Positions 1-9,548 of a stretch of DNA of 46,495 bases are shown one piece after another. The notes beneath the pieces are model-generated. The model worked only from the letters and a program-made list of their open reading frames with translations, ran no database searches and was not told the DNA's origin. The stretch covers positions 1 through 46,495 of the forward strand of contig LFSG01000004.1 in assembly GCA_001512685.1 (NCBI GenBank). Reading direction: 5' to 3'. The first letter of the stretch is position 1, and every line of letters begins with the position of its first letter. This stretch comes from Clostridiales bacterium DTU072 (GTDB lineage: Bacteria > Bacillota > Clostridia > Christensenellales > DTU072). Position numbers and translations under genes: made by a program.

Positions 1-1482
1 GGCGTTGGAGTAATAATACCTTAATATGCTGAAATCGTTTTCGGTAAACTCCACGCAGCATTGCCTGTCATAGGGATACCATTGAGTGTCGGGATTGCGG
101 GCCACCGTTTGGAAGTAAGGCTCGTCAAATATAATTACCGTGGTTTGGGTAAAAGCGTTTTGTCCCACATATCGGGGGGGCTCTCCGTTTATTTTAATTA
201 CTAAATCTTTAAAAGAGGCGGCGCCAAAGGCGTTGTCGGCTATTAAGGTGATATTTCCGTCAAGGATAAAAGAAGTATAGTTTATGCCGCCCACAAGCAG
301 AGTGTCGATAACGGCAAGCTGAGTTTGGGCCACGCTGTCGGCGTATATCTTGGTGTTTTCGAACACTTTTTTGTGGCATAAAGTTATGTTGTGGGTGTTT
401 ATTACTTGATATAAATCCCTGCAATCGGCGAAAGCGCCTTCCCATAGCTTGGTGACATTCTCAAGGTCCACGCTTTGTATGGCGGTTTTTGAGAACACAT
501 ATTGCTCAAGCGTGGCAAGCCCCGCGGGCAAGTCCTGCCGCAAATCAAGTTTTTTGCAATTATAAAAAGCAAAGCCTTCTATTCTTGTTATAAGCGGTGG
601 CAAATAGATGTCGGTAAGTTCGGGGCAGTTGTTGAAAGCCGAAGAGCGGATGGTTGTCAATTTTGAGTTTTCGCTTATGTATACCTTCTTCAGTTTTTCG
701 CAGTCTCTAAAAGCTTCTTCGCCTATAAATTCATAGCTGTCGGGGATATGCACATTCTCTATGGTTTTTTTGCCCTTAAAAGCTTGATTGGCGATTCCTA
801 TCACTTTAGTTCCGTCGTTTGCCTTGTCGGGCAGTTTCAGTTCGGTATAGGGCACATTTTTGAAAAACAGAGACTTAATGACAGAGGTTTGGTCGTCCAG
901 CTTTTCGTACTGATAAAACGCGTCCAACATAACCCATTTGCCGAATACCGTGGTATCTTCGTTCAAGGGTTTGGTAAAATCGTACTTAATCGTCATTTCC
1001 TTGTCGGCGTACCATCCGTCAAGGGAATATCCTCCTCTCTGCAAATCGAAAGGCCTGCCCGGAGCCAACCCTTTGCGCACCTGCATGGGCGGCAGCAGAG
1101 CATAGTCTTCTATTACGAAACTCAGCCTTGCGTATTCGGGAATGGGGGAGGGCAAAGCGCCCCCTTGGCCTTGGTCGTCCTCCACGATTATCAGCGTGGC
1201 GGCGACCGAGCTGTTTCCGCAAAGCGCGGTAATTGTTACAATCCCTTCTTTTATGGCCATAATCTCTTTGCCGTTTATTTTGGCGATGGTGGGATTGGAA
1301 GAAATCAAGGTATAGTTCCTTTTGGGAAAAATATTGACATTTGGCGTGAATACGGTTTGAGGCGACACGACATAGCCTTCCTTGTCAAAGGAAAGCTTGT
1401 AGGGTCTGTCGCAGGAAATCAAGGCCGTCGCCATAATTACGGCAAGCAACAGTATGGCCGCCGCAAAACAATACTTTTTCAC
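1..1482 (-). CDS. BspA-type leucine-rich repeat (LRR_5) surface lipoprotein with Ig-like and InlB B-repeat domains; runs off the window edge (not in ORF track)
   Basis: Manual translation from GTG at 1482: MKKYCFAAAILLLAVIMATALISC (lipobox), SSNPTIAKING (Ig-like), GYSLDGWYADKEMTIKYDF...TTVFGKW (InlB B-repeat), repeated IGEEAF/IRSSAF/IEGFAF LRR units; frame stays open to position 1. Confidence 0.85.
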   Translation of the reverse strand, partial: MKKYCFAAAILLLAVIMATALISCDRPYKLSFDKEGYVVSPQTVFTPNVNIFPKRNYTLISSNPTIAKINGKEIMAIKEGIVTITALCGNSSVAATLIIVEDDQGQGGALPSPIPEYARLSFVIEDYALLPPMQVRKGLAPGRPFDLQRGGYSLDGWYADKEMTIKYDFTKPLNEDTTVFGKWVMLDAFYQYEKLDDQTSVIKSLFFKNVPYTELKLPDKANDGTKVIGIANQAFKGKKTIENVHIPDSYEFIGEEAFRDCEKLKKVYISENSKLTTIRSSAFNNCPELTDIYLPPLITRIEGFAFYNCKKLDLRQDLPAGLATLEQYVFSKTAIQSVDLENVTKLWEGAFADCRDLYQVINTHNITLCHKKVFENTKIYADSVAQTQLAVIDTLLVGGINYTSFILDGNITLIADNAFGAASFKDLVIKINGEPPRYVGQNAFTQTTVIIFDEPYFQTVARNPDTQWYPYDRQCCVEFTENDFSILRYYYSNA

Positions 1483-1533
1483 ATAATGTATTATAGCATA
1501 TAATATATAAAGTTTAGGAATAAAATTAAGTAA

Positions 1534-2448
1534 TTATTGCTTCAAATCCTTGAAAAGCAAGCGCACATAGGCCATGGCTACGGTGTCTTGAGTCAGAGGA
1601 ACGGCTTTTGGGAGCTTCATTCTTGAGGGGTAAAAGAATTCTCTGTTCTCGTAAGGAGCTATATAAACCTTGATGCCCATATCGTTGCAACGGTCAATGA
1701 AATAGCCTAAATTATATTTATTTTCTTTTTCATTTACGCAACAAGTGGTGGAATGGTACAGTTCCGCCAAATAACAATCGGGTTGGTTTTTGCAATTGAG
1801 GTAAAAGCCGTAATCGGCGCCGGGAAGGGCGGGTATGAATACCACTCTGTTTACGGGAAACTTAATCTTAGGCGGGTTGTTTTCAAGAAAATCGCCGCCA
1901 AAGCGTATAAACTCTCCATCCTTGATTACGGCGTAAGGCTCTTTTTCGGCGGACAGCAGTCTGTGGCTGTAGGGCGCAAACCCCAACAGCTTATTGGCAA
2001 GGTAAAGCGTAGCGGGGGCGCCCTCGTTGCGGTAGCTTACGAATACCCCTTTGACTCCCTTTTCTATGGCTTTCAGCGCCATGTGGAAATTATCCTTGGC
2101 GTTGGATTGGGGATGATGCATAGGCTGAGAGGAAGAAACAAGTATTATGGGAACATTGCGCTTGGCGTACGCTAAAGACAAAAAAGCGGCGGTGTAAACC
2201 AGCGTGTCCGTGCCGTGCGTTATTATTATCCCGTCGGTGTCCTCAATGGAATTGATTTCGCGGTAAAGCGCTTGCCAATGGTCGGGTATAAGGTTTTCGC
2301 TGTGTATGGTAAAAGGATTATGGATTTTGAAATTATGGCGGCTGCCTTTGAGCAGCTCTTGAAAAATCAATGAATTGTCCAGCGCCGCTTGGTTTTTTTT
2401 GACTACGGTGCCTATCGTGCCTCCCGTAAGTATTATGTCTATGTTCAT
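1534..2448 (-). CDS. L-asparaginase family protein
   Basis: TGGTI and THGTDT catalytic Thr motifs; SD-like AAGGAAGGG upstream. Confidence 0.85.
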   Translation of the reverse strand: MNIDIILTGGTIGTVVKKNQAALDNSLIFQELLKGSRHNFKIHNPFTIHSENLIPDHWQALYREINSIEDTDGIIITHGTDTLVYTAAFLSLAYAKRNVPIILVSSSQPMHHPQSNAKDNFHMALKAIEKGVKGVFVSYRNEGAPATLYLANKLLGFAPYSHRLLSAEKEPYAVIKDGEFIRFGGDFLENNPPKIKFPVNRVVFIPALPGADYGFYLNCKNQPDCYLAELYHSTTCCVNEKENKYNLGYFIDRCNDMGIKVYIAPYENREFFYPSRMKLPKAVPLTQDTVAMAYVRLLFKDLKQ

Positions 2449-2577
2449 AAACCCTTCCTTTTTATGTCTTTGTAAGTTATATCTATTATAACATAATGTA
2501 AATTTTTGACTATATGCTTGCCGAATAAAAAATTATAATTAAAAATCCTTAGGGACAAAATATAAAGGGAGGAGTCT

Positions 2578-2718
2578 ATGGCAAAAAAAGATACCAAGTT
2601 CAAAGATGTCAAAATGCGGCCGCTGGACAAAAGAAATATGCTTATGAGCTTGAAAGATGAGGCCGAAACCATGAAAGCTTTGCATAACAAAAAAGAAATG
2701 GACAAGGACGGAAATTAA
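2578..2718 (+). CDS. 46-aa small charged protein of unknown function (not in ORF track)
   Basis: Strong SD AAGGGAGGAG before ATG 2578; MAKKDTKFKDVKMRPLDKRNMLMSLKDEAETMKALHNKKEMDKDGN*; fills the intergenic gap. Confidence 0.7.
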   Translation: MAKKDTKFKDVKMRPLDKRNMLMSLKDEAETMKALHNKKEMDKDGN

Positions 2719-2768
2719 TTGTAAAATTTTTTGCGATTATGTATAATAAAGCAAAAAAGGAACGATTT

Positions 2769-3485
2769 ATGCAAAAAGTTGTGCTGGTGTCGGGTATAAC
2801 GGGGGGAATAGGACAGGCCATTTTGAATGAGCTGGCATACCAAGGCGATTATTTGGTGGCGGGGCTGTATTGCAAAAATAAAGAACAGGCGCAGGCGCTT
2901 AGCGAAAAATACAACGCCGATATTTTGCAGGCCGACATAACCAAATATGAAGATATCGTTAAGTGCGCGGACAAAATAATCGCCAAATACCATAAAATCG
3001 ATATCCTTGTAAACAACGCCGGGATAAGCGAAATCAAACCTTTTACCGATTACAGTTGCGGGGAAATATCGGCTATTATCGATATTAATTTGAAAGGAAC
3101 TATGTTTTTGACAAAAGCCGTTCTGCCTTATATGATAAGTCAAAAAAGCGGGAAGATAATTAATATAGGTTCAATTTGGGGCGTTTACGGCGGCTCCTGC
3201 GAAGCGCCTTATTCGGCAAGCAAAGCGGGCATTATCGGCTTTACCAAAGCTTTAAGCAGAGAAGTCGGGCCCAGCAACATCACCGTAAACTGCATAGCGC
3301 CCGGCTTTATAGATACCAAAATGAACGGCTGTATTGCCGAAGAAGATAAGAAAGCCTTTTTGGAAAATGTTTCTTTAATGAAATCGGGAACGCCTCAGGA
3401 TGTGGCGCACTTGGTTAAGTTTTTGTGCTCCTCCCAAGCCGACTACATAACCGGTCAGGTGATAGGAATAGACGGAGGATATTAA
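2769..3485 (+). CDS. Short-chain dehydrogenase/reductase, FabG/YmfI (EF-P 5-aminopentanone reductase)-like
   Basis: SGITGGIG NAD(P)-binding motif, NNAG, YSASK; GSIWG..GGSCE..YSASK resembles YmfI; start moved to ATG 2769 after AAGGA. Confidence 0.8.
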   Translation: MQKVVLVSGITGGIGQAILNELAYQGDYLVAGLYCKNKEQAQALSEKYNADILQADITKYEDIVKCADKIIAKYHKIDILVNNAGISEIKPFTDYSCGEISAIIDINLKGTMFLTKAVLPYMISQKSGKIINIGSIWGVYGGSCEAPYSASKAGIIGFTKALSREVGPSNITVNCIAPGFIDTKMNGCIAEEDKKAFLENVSLMKSGTPQDVAHLVKFLCSSQADYITGQVIGIDGGY

Positions 3486-5143
3486 GACAGCCCGAATATT
3501 TCGCCTTTTGAGTTTATGCTCATTTTCGTGGCGTTGGGAGCGTAGGGAAGTCCCGGCATAAGCAGTATGTCGCCGCTTTGGACAAGTATAAATCCCGCTC
3601 CCGCTCTTATAAACACATCTTTTACCAAAAACTCAAAGTTCTTGGGAGCGCCCAAAGCCTTGCTGTCGCAAGACAATGAGTATTGCGTTTTTGCTATGCA
3701 TACGGGGAAACGGCGGTATTTGGGGTTTTCGCTGATTTTGGCTATTTGTTGCTCGGCTTCTTCGGAATAAACCACGCTGCCCGCTCCGTATATGTTCTTG
3801 GCTATCTTTTCGATTTTTTTCTTCAAGCCGTCGTCCAAGTCATAGGCGTATTCCGCGTAGCTTTTTTCGCTTTGGTCGCAAATTGAGATTACTTCTTGAG
3901 CAAGCTTTTCCGCTCCCTTGCCGCCCTCGGCAAAGCAAGTGGTCTCAACGGCTTTTACGCCGTAAGATGTGCAAAGCCTTTTGAGCAAGGAAAGTTCTTT
4001 TTCGTTGTCGTAGGGGAAACGGTTGATGGCAACCACGGTATTTACCTTAAACTTTTGCGTAAGATTGAGAATATGCGTTTTGACATTTTCGAATCCTTTC
4101 TTTATCGCCTCGGCATTCTCGTCCATTAATTGCGCGTCGGGAATGCCTGCGTTGTATTTTATTGAGCGCATGGTGGTTACCAATACCGCGCAGGAAGGAG
4201 CTATATTTCCCAGACGGCATTTTATGTCTATAAACTTTTCGCCGCCCAGCTCGGCTCCGAAGCCCGCTTCGGTTACCGTGTAATCGCTTGTGGCCATGGC
4301 CGTCAAGGTGGCAAGCAGGCTGTTGCAGCCGTGCGCTATGTTGGCGAACGGGCCGCCGTGTATAAGCGCGGGGGCGCCTTCCAGAGTTTGAGCTAAGTTG
4401 GGCTTTAAGGCTTCTTTCAGCAAAATGCACATGGCCTCTTCGGCTTTCAGATCTCTGGCGGTTATTTCCTCTCCGCTGAGGTCGTAGCCTATCACGATGT
4501 CGCCCAATCTTCTTTTCAGATCGTCTATGGAAGTGGCCAAGCACAGGATGGCCATAATTTCCGAAGCCGCCGTAATGACGAAGCCGTCGCTTCTGGGCGT
4601 GCCGTTGATATCTCCGCCCAGCGCCACTCTGACTTCGCGCAGCGCCCTGTCGTTAAGGTCTAAACATCTTTTCCAAACGACATTGGCTATGCCTAATCCG
4701 TTGCCTTGCTTGATATGGTTGTCGATAAGCGCCGAAAGCAGGTTGTTGGCCGCGGTTACGGCGTGAAAATCGCCGGTAAAATGCAGGTTTATGTCTTCCA
4801 TGGGAACTACTTGCGAGTATCCGCCTCCGCAAGCGCCTCCTTTTATGCCGAACACGGGGCCCAAAGAAGGCTCTCTTAACGCCAGACAGCTTTTTTTGCC
4901 CAAACGGGATATGGCGTCTGCCAGTCCGATGCTTACGGTGGTCTTGCCCTCTCCGTATTTGGTGGGATTCATGGCGGTAACCAGAATCAGTTTGGCTTTG
5001 GGGTTGTCTTTGTTGATATTGTTTATTTTTGCCTTATATTTGCCGTAACACTCGTAGTCGTCTTCGGTTAAACCAAGCTTGGCGGCGATTTCTTGAATAG
5101 GTTTGAGACGCGCCGCGCGCGCGATTTCCATATCGGACAGCAT
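3482..5143 (-). CDS. fhs: Formate--tetrahydrofolate ligase
   Basis: GEGKTT, REPSLGPVFGIKGGACGGGY, HGGPFANIAHG, TEAGFG, AKTQYS motifs; 553 aa. Confidence 0.97.
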   Translation of the reverse strand: MLSDMEIARAARLKPIQEIAAKLGLTEDDYECYGKYKAKINNINKDNPKAKLILVTAMNPTKYGEGKTTVSIGLADAISRLGKKSCLALREPSLGPVFGIKGGACGGGYSQVVPMEDINLHFTGDFHAVTAANNLLSALIDNHIKQGNGLGIANVVWKRCLDLNDRALREVRVALGGDINGTPRSDGFVITAASEIMAILCLATSIDDLKRRLGDIVIGYDLSGEEITARDLKAEEAMCILLKEALKPNLAQTLEGAPALIHGGPFANIAHGCNSLLATLTAMATSDYTVTEAGFGAELGGEKFIDIKCRLGNIAPSCAVLVTTMRSIKYNAGIPDAQLMDENAEAIKKGFENVKTHILNLTQKFKVNTVVAINRFPYDNEKELSLLKRLCTSYGVKAVETTCFAEGGKGAEKLAQEVISICDQSEKSYAEYAYDLDDGLKKKIEKIAKNIYGAGSVVYSEEAEQQIAKISENPKYRRFPVCIAKTQYSLSCDSKALGAPKNFEFLVKDVFIRAGAGFILVQSGDILLMPGLPYAPNATKMSINSKGEIFGLS

Positions 5144-5146
5144 TTA

Positions 5147-7237
5147 TTATTTTTCTCCTTTTGGGCGGCCTTGGTTTTTTATTATCGCGTAAACGATAAT
5201 ACCGACAGCCGCTGATATCATTGGTATAAGTATAATCCATTTGTTGAATAAAAACAAACTTCCGAGGGTATAAAGAATAAAAGAAACCAAATACGCCGTC
5301 AGCATTTGAAAAGCTATGGTTATAAGCAGCCATTTTACCGAGCCCATTTCTTTTCGGGTAACGCTCAAAGCGGCTATGCAGGGCGAGGACAAAAGCACGA
5401 AGGCCATGAACGCATAGGCCGAAGGTCCGTTGAATATTGTTCCCAGCGCCGCGTTTAAGTTTCCTTGCGACGCAAGCAGTATGGACAGCGAGGAAACCAC
5501 CGTTTCTTTGGCGGCTATTCCCGAAATAAGCGCCACCGCCGCTCTCCAATCCCCAAAGCCCAAGGGTATGAATATGGGTTCAAGCAGCTTGCCTATGGTG
5601 GCTATTAAGCTGTATTCCGCCTCCACCATTTGGAAGCGCCAATTGAAATTCTGCAGCGCCCACAATATGATTGAGGCAAGGAAGATAATAGTGCCCGCCT
5701 TGATTAAAAACGCTTTGCTCTTTTCCCACAAATCAAGCAGTATGTTTTTTGCCGTGGGCAATCTGTATTGAGGCAATTCAAGCATAAAGGTGTCCGAATG
5801 GGTTTTGAAGATTTTTAGTTTTTTCAGTATCAGTCCGCCTATGATGACCATTATAATCCCCAAAAGATACATCGAGGGCGCCACAAACGGATTGTCTGGG
5901 AAGAAAGCTCCCACCATCAGCGCGAATACCGGCAATTTCGCCGAACAAGGAATAAAAGGCGTAAGCATTATGGTCAGCCGCCGTTCGTCGTTGTTTTCCA
6001 CCGTCCTTGCGCTCATTATGGCGGGCACGCTGCAGCCGCAACCCACAATCATGGGTATGAAAGACTTGCCCGACAGCCCTATCCTTCTTAATAAGCGGTC
6101 CATAATATACGCTACTCTGGCCATGTATCCGCAGCCTTCGAGAAAAGATATAAAGAAAAACAGCAGTATTATTTGCGGCAAAAAGGTAAGCACCGCGCCC
6201 ACGCCCGTAATTATGCCGTCCACCGTCAAGCCCGTCAGCCAATCCGCCACATTGTTTTTGATTAATGCCGCCCGCGCGGCTTCCACCAGCCTTTCAAGCA
6301 ACGTTTCCATGCCCTTTTGCGCCAGTCCGCCCAGCGTTTGAATGGAAATAAAATACATAAGCCATATCACGACGGCGAAAATGGGAAAGGCAAGATATTT
6401 ATTGGTTACTATTTTGTCGATTTTTTCGCTCAGCGTCTTTGTGGCGGTATTCTTCTTTATAAGCAAAGAGGGGAGGTTGCTTTCCAGAAATTTATATCTT
6501 TGATTTACTATAATTTCGTTGCTGTTTTCGTTGTATTCTTTTTCAAGAGAAGCGATTAAATTATTTATCGCCCCCGTTTTGGCTTGCGGAATGGTTTCCC
6601 AATATATAAAATCGCGTTCAAAAACCTTGATTGCCTTAAACCTGTCCGCATTGAGCATGGACATTATCTTTTGCACGGCGTCTTCAACCTTATTGTCAAA
6701 GGATATGCGCTTATTGTCCTTTTGGCTTTGGGCTTGGGCTTCTTTTACGGCGGTGTCCAAAAGCAAGTCTATGTTTTTGTTCTTCAGCGCCGATATCTGA
6801 ACGGCTTTACAGCCCGTCAGCGCCTCGACGCGCTTTTTGTCTATCTTTATGCCTTTGGCTTCGGTTTCGTCGCTCATATTCAAGGCGATAACCGTTTTTA
6901 TGCCCGTTTCCATTAATTGGGTGGTAAGATAAAGGCTGCGTTCAAGGTTTGTGGAGTCTATGATGTTTATGATGACATCGCACTTGTTTTGCATTAAAAA
7001 ATCGCGGGCTATTTTCTCTTCCAACGAATAAGGAGTAAGAGAATAAATGCCCGGCAAGTCCACTATGGTTACGTTCTTGTTTTTGTGATATATCCCTTCT
7101 TTTTTTTCAATGGTTACGCCCGGCCAATTGCCCACTGTTTGACGCATCTTGGTCAAAGCGTTGAATAATGTGGTTTTGCCCGAATTGGGGTTGCCCGCAA
7201 GCGCTACCGTTATTTTGTCGGCTTTTTCGTTTTTCAT
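5147..7237 (-). CDS. feoB: Ferrous iron transporter B
   Basis: GNPNSGKTT, VGNWPGVT, DLPGIYSL G-domain; GCGCSVPA, PCSAKLP gate motifs; multiple TM segments. Confidence 0.96.
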   Translation of the reverse strand: MKNEKADKITVALAGNPNSGKTTLFNALTKMRQTVGNWPGVTIEKKEGIYHKNKNVTIVDLPGIYSLTPYSLEEKIARDFLMQNKCDVIINIIDSTNLERSLYLTTQLMETGIKTVIALNMSDETEAKGIKIDKKRVEALTGCKAVQISALKNKNIDLLLDTAVKEAQAQSQKDNKRISFDNKVEDAVQKIMSMLNADRFKAIKVFERDFIYWETIPQAKTGAINNLIASLEKEYNENSNEIIVNQRYKFLESNLPSLLIKKNTATKTLSEKIDKIVTNKYLAFPIFAVVIWLMYFISIQTLGGLAQKGMETLLERLVEAARAALIKNNVADWLTGLTVDGIITGVGAVLTFLPQIILLFFFISFLEGCGYMARVAYIMDRLLRRIGLSGKSFIPMIVGCGCSVPAIMSARTVENNDERRLTIMLTPFIPCSAKLPVFALMVGAFFPDNPFVAPSMYLLGIIMVIIGGLILKKLKIFKTHSDTFMLELPQYRLPTAKNILLDLWEKSKAFLIKAGTIIFLASIILWALQNFNWRFQMVEAEYSLIATIGKLLEPIFIPLGFGDWRAAVALISGIAAKETVVSSLSILLASQGNLNAALGTIFNGPSAYAFMAFVLLSSPCIAALSVTRKEMGSVKWLLITIAFQMLTAYLVSFILYTLGSLFLFNKWIILIPMISAAVGIIVYAIIKNQGRPKGEK

Positions 7238-7242
7238 TATCT

Positions 7243-7467
7243 CTAACCTTCCACCAATATCTTGGCGGCGTCGGATTTTCTAAGCGCCAAATCAAAGCCT
7301 CTTAAGCCTATCAGTATGGGATCGCCCAAAGGAGCTTTGCCTTTCAATACCACGCTAGCGCCCTTTGTCAGGCCCAAATCCAACAATCTTCTTTTCGTGG
7401 CGTCTTTTACGCCCACATCTTTTATTACGGCGGCTTTGTTATATTCTAAATCCAATAAGGTCTTCAT
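7243..7467 (-). CDS. feoA: Ferrous iron transport protein A
   Basis: RRLLDLGLTKG, APLGDPI, LALRKSDA; SD GGAGG places the start at ATG 7467. Confidence 0.93.
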   Translation of the reverse strand: MKTLLDLEYNKAAVIKDVGVKDATKRRLLDLGLTKGASVVLKGKAPLGDPILIGLRGFDLALRKSDAAKILVEG

Positions 7468-7481
7468 TGTAGCCTCCATCA

Positions 7482-7499
7482 AGTTAGCATATGCTAACT
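7482..7499. promoter_or_regulatory. Perfect 18-bp palindrome, probable DtxR/MntR-family metal-repressor operator of feoAB
   Basis: AGTTAGCATATGCTAACT between the -10 and the SD of feoA; GTTAG..CTAAC core resembles DtxR-family boxes. Confidence 0.7.
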
Positions 7500-7505
7500 A
7501 TATCT

Positions 7506-7534
7506 AATATATACCAGCCGTTGCTTTTAGTCAA
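7506..7534 (-). promoter_or_regulatory. sigma-A promoter of feoA-feoB-fhs
   Basis: TTGACT-17nt-TATATT on the minus strand. Confidence 0.7.
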
Positions 7535-7690
7535 ACGATTTTGATAAGTTTTTAGGGCGGCTTCAAAAATATTTTTTTGTGGCGCTCTTATGTTGCCTTA
7601 AATAATATTAATGATGTCAAAAAGTGGATTATACTTAATCAAGATGAATATTTTTGGTATAATAAATAAAAAATGTCGGAGGCTAATTGA

Positions 7691-8107
7691 ATGAAAAGTT
7701 ACAGAAAGGTTTTGACCATTCGCACCAATACCAGAAGGGCTTTTATTAACATAACTTCGCAGGTTGAGGCGGCGCTCAGGGAAAGCGGCATTAAAGAAGG
7801 GCTTTTGCTTTGCAACGCCATGCACATAACCGCAAGCGTGTTCATTAACGATAACGAAAGCGGTTTGCACAGGGATTTTGAGCGTTTTCTTGAAAAACTC
7901 GCTCCCGAAAAGCCTTATGAGCAATATGACCATAACGGCTTTGAGGACAACGCCGACGCCCATTTGAAAAGAACGATAATGGGCAGGGAAGTCGTTTGCG
8001 CGGTAACTGACGGCGCTTTGGATTTTGGGCCGTGGGAACAAATTTTTTACGGGGAATTTGATGGCAAGCGCGATAAAAGGATATTGATTAAAATAATAGG
8101 GGAATAG
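7691..8107 (+). CDS. yjbQ: YjbQ/UPF0047 family protein (secondary thiamine-phosphate synthase)
   Basis: [33 protein letters not shown]; SD GGAGG. Confidence 0.92.
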   Translation: MKSYRKVLTIRTNTRRAFINITSQVEAALRESGIKEGLLLCNAMHITASVFINDNESGLHRDFERFLEKLAPEKPYEQYDHNGFEDNADAHLKRTIMGREVVCAVTDGALDFGPWEQIFYGEFDGKRDKRILIKIIGE

Positions 8108-8137
8108 CCTTTATACCTTTTCAATAAAAGATAATCT

Positions 8138-8165
8138 CACTTTCCGATTTTTTTCATCATATTAT
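8138..8165 (+). promoter_or_regulatory. sigma-K-type promoter of dpaA-dpaB-asnB
   Basis: CACT-16nt-CATATTAT matches mACm-N16-CATA---T; spoVF is sigma-K controlled in Bacillus. Confidence 0.55.
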
Positions 8166-8181
8166 GGCAATAAGAGGTATG

Positions 8182-8961
8182 ATGAAAAAATTTCTTTTTG
8201 TGGTCGATATATCCGACCCCAGAGGCTTGCACATAAGGGAATACTTGAAAGAGGACAATTTTGAGGTGCTTTCGTTTGAAGACTCTTTCGACACCGTCGA
8301 CAAAACGGCGGTGTATATTTATTCCCTTTTTAAGGTGGTGGACACCGAGGATGTCAAAAAGCTTGCCGATTGCAGCATAATTTTCGCCCGATTGCATACC
8401 GAAGCGGCAATGAAGGTTATGTCCGAAAAGCAAATGAAATTCTTCAGCATTTATGACGACGAAGCTTTTGTAGTCAAAAACGCTTATCTTACCGCCGAGG
8501 GCGCTTTGGCGTATATAATATTGAACACGCTTTGCACAATTAAAAAAATGCCCATTCTTGTGCTGGGCTACGGCAGGCTGGGCAAATCGCTTACCAAAAT
8601 CTTAAAAGACAATCAGGCCGTTGTTACGGTGGCCACCGACGATACCGAAGAGTACGCCTTGGCTTCCATATTCGCGGACAGAGTGTATACCCTAAGCGAA
8701 TATTATCACAGTCTGGGGGAATATGAGGCCATAATCAATACCATACCCGTGAAAATTTTGAAAGGAGAGAAGCTTAAGCTTTTGCATCCCGAATGCTTTG
8801 TGCTCGACCTTGCTTCCAAGCCCGGCGGCATAGATTATAACGACGCCATTAATTACGGCGTCAAGCATATGCACGCTTTGGGCGTGCCCGGCAAGGTAGC
8901 GCCCAAAACCGCGGGGTTGTATATTAAAGAATGCGTTGTCAAAAGGCTTAAGACATTATAG
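8182..8961 (+). CDS. dpaA: Dipicolinate synthase subunit A
   Basis: NAYLTAEGA, GYGRLG, INTIP, DLASKPGG, GVPGKVAPKTAG; adjacent to dpaB; start uncertain (8164/8179/8182). Confidence 0.88.
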   Translation: MKKFLFVVDISDPRGLHIREYLKEDNFEVLSFEDSFDTVDKTAVYIYSLFKVVDTEDVKKLADCSIIFARLHTEAAMKVMSEKQMKFFSIYDDEAFVVKNAYLTAEGALAYIILNTLCTIKKMPILVLGYGRLGKSLTKILKDNQAVVTVATDDTEEYALASIFADRVYTLSEYYHSLGEYEAIINTIPVKILKGEKLKLLHPECFVLDLASKPGGIDYNDAINYGVKHMHALGVPGKVAPKTAGLYIKECVVKRLKTL

Positions 8962-8964
8962 ATT

Positions 8965-9543
8965 ATGGATACGAAAAATATTGGTCTTGCCGTAACGGGC
9001 TCTTTTTGCACATTTCAAAAATTACTGCCCCAAGTGGAAAAGTTGAAACAAAAATATAAAAATATCCGTCCCATTTTCTCTTATGCGGTCAGTTCTACCG
9101 ATACCCGATTCTATAAAGCCAAAGATTTTTGGAACGATATGGTCAAAATTACGGGGAATATTCCCATAGCTTCCATTGTGGACGCCGAGCCTATCGGGCC
9201 TCAAAAGCTGTTGGACCTGCTTATCATAGCTCCCTGCACCGGCAATACGCTGGCAAAGCTTTGCAACGGAGTTACCGACACCCCCGTGCTTATGGCGGCC
9301 AAGGCGCATTTGAGGAACGATAGTCCTGTTTTGATAGCCTTGTCTACAAACGACGGCCTTTCCGCCAACGCCAAAAATATCGGCGAGCTTATTGCCAGAA
9401 AGAATATTTATTTCGCGCCTTTTGCGCAGGATAATTATATAAATAAAAAATTCTCGCTGGTGGCTGATTTTGATTTGCTTGTGGACGCCGCGGAGGCGGC
9501 TTTGCAAGGCAAACAGCTTCAGCCCGTGCTTAAAGGAGTGTGA
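8965..9543 (+). CDS. dpaB: Dipicolinate synthase subunit B
   Basis: TGSFCT, AEPIGP, APCTGNTLAKL, AAKAHLRN, STNDGL, GKQLQP. Confidence 0.95.
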   Translation: MDTKNIGLAVTGSFCTFQKLLPQVEKLKQKYKNIRPIFSYAVSSTDTRFYKAKDFWNDMVKITGNIPIASIVDAEPIGPQKLLDLLIIAPCTGNTLAKLCNGVTDTPVLMAAKAHLRNDSPVLIALSTNDGLSANAKNIGELIARKNIYFAPFAQDNYINKKFSLVADFDLLVDAAEAALQGKQLQPVLKGV

Positions 9544-9548
9544 AGTTT

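Noticed and set aside
748-1503. 251-aa plus-strand ORF in the track
   Set aside because: Antisense shadow of the real minus-strand LRR lipoprotein gene; no recognisable motifs
3482-3485. Shared TTAA stop overlap between the SDR gene and fhs
   Set aside because: Common compact convergent arrangement with no evidence of special function
5143-5160. THF/ZTP riboswitch before fhs
   Set aside because: There is no leader space because fhs abuts feoB
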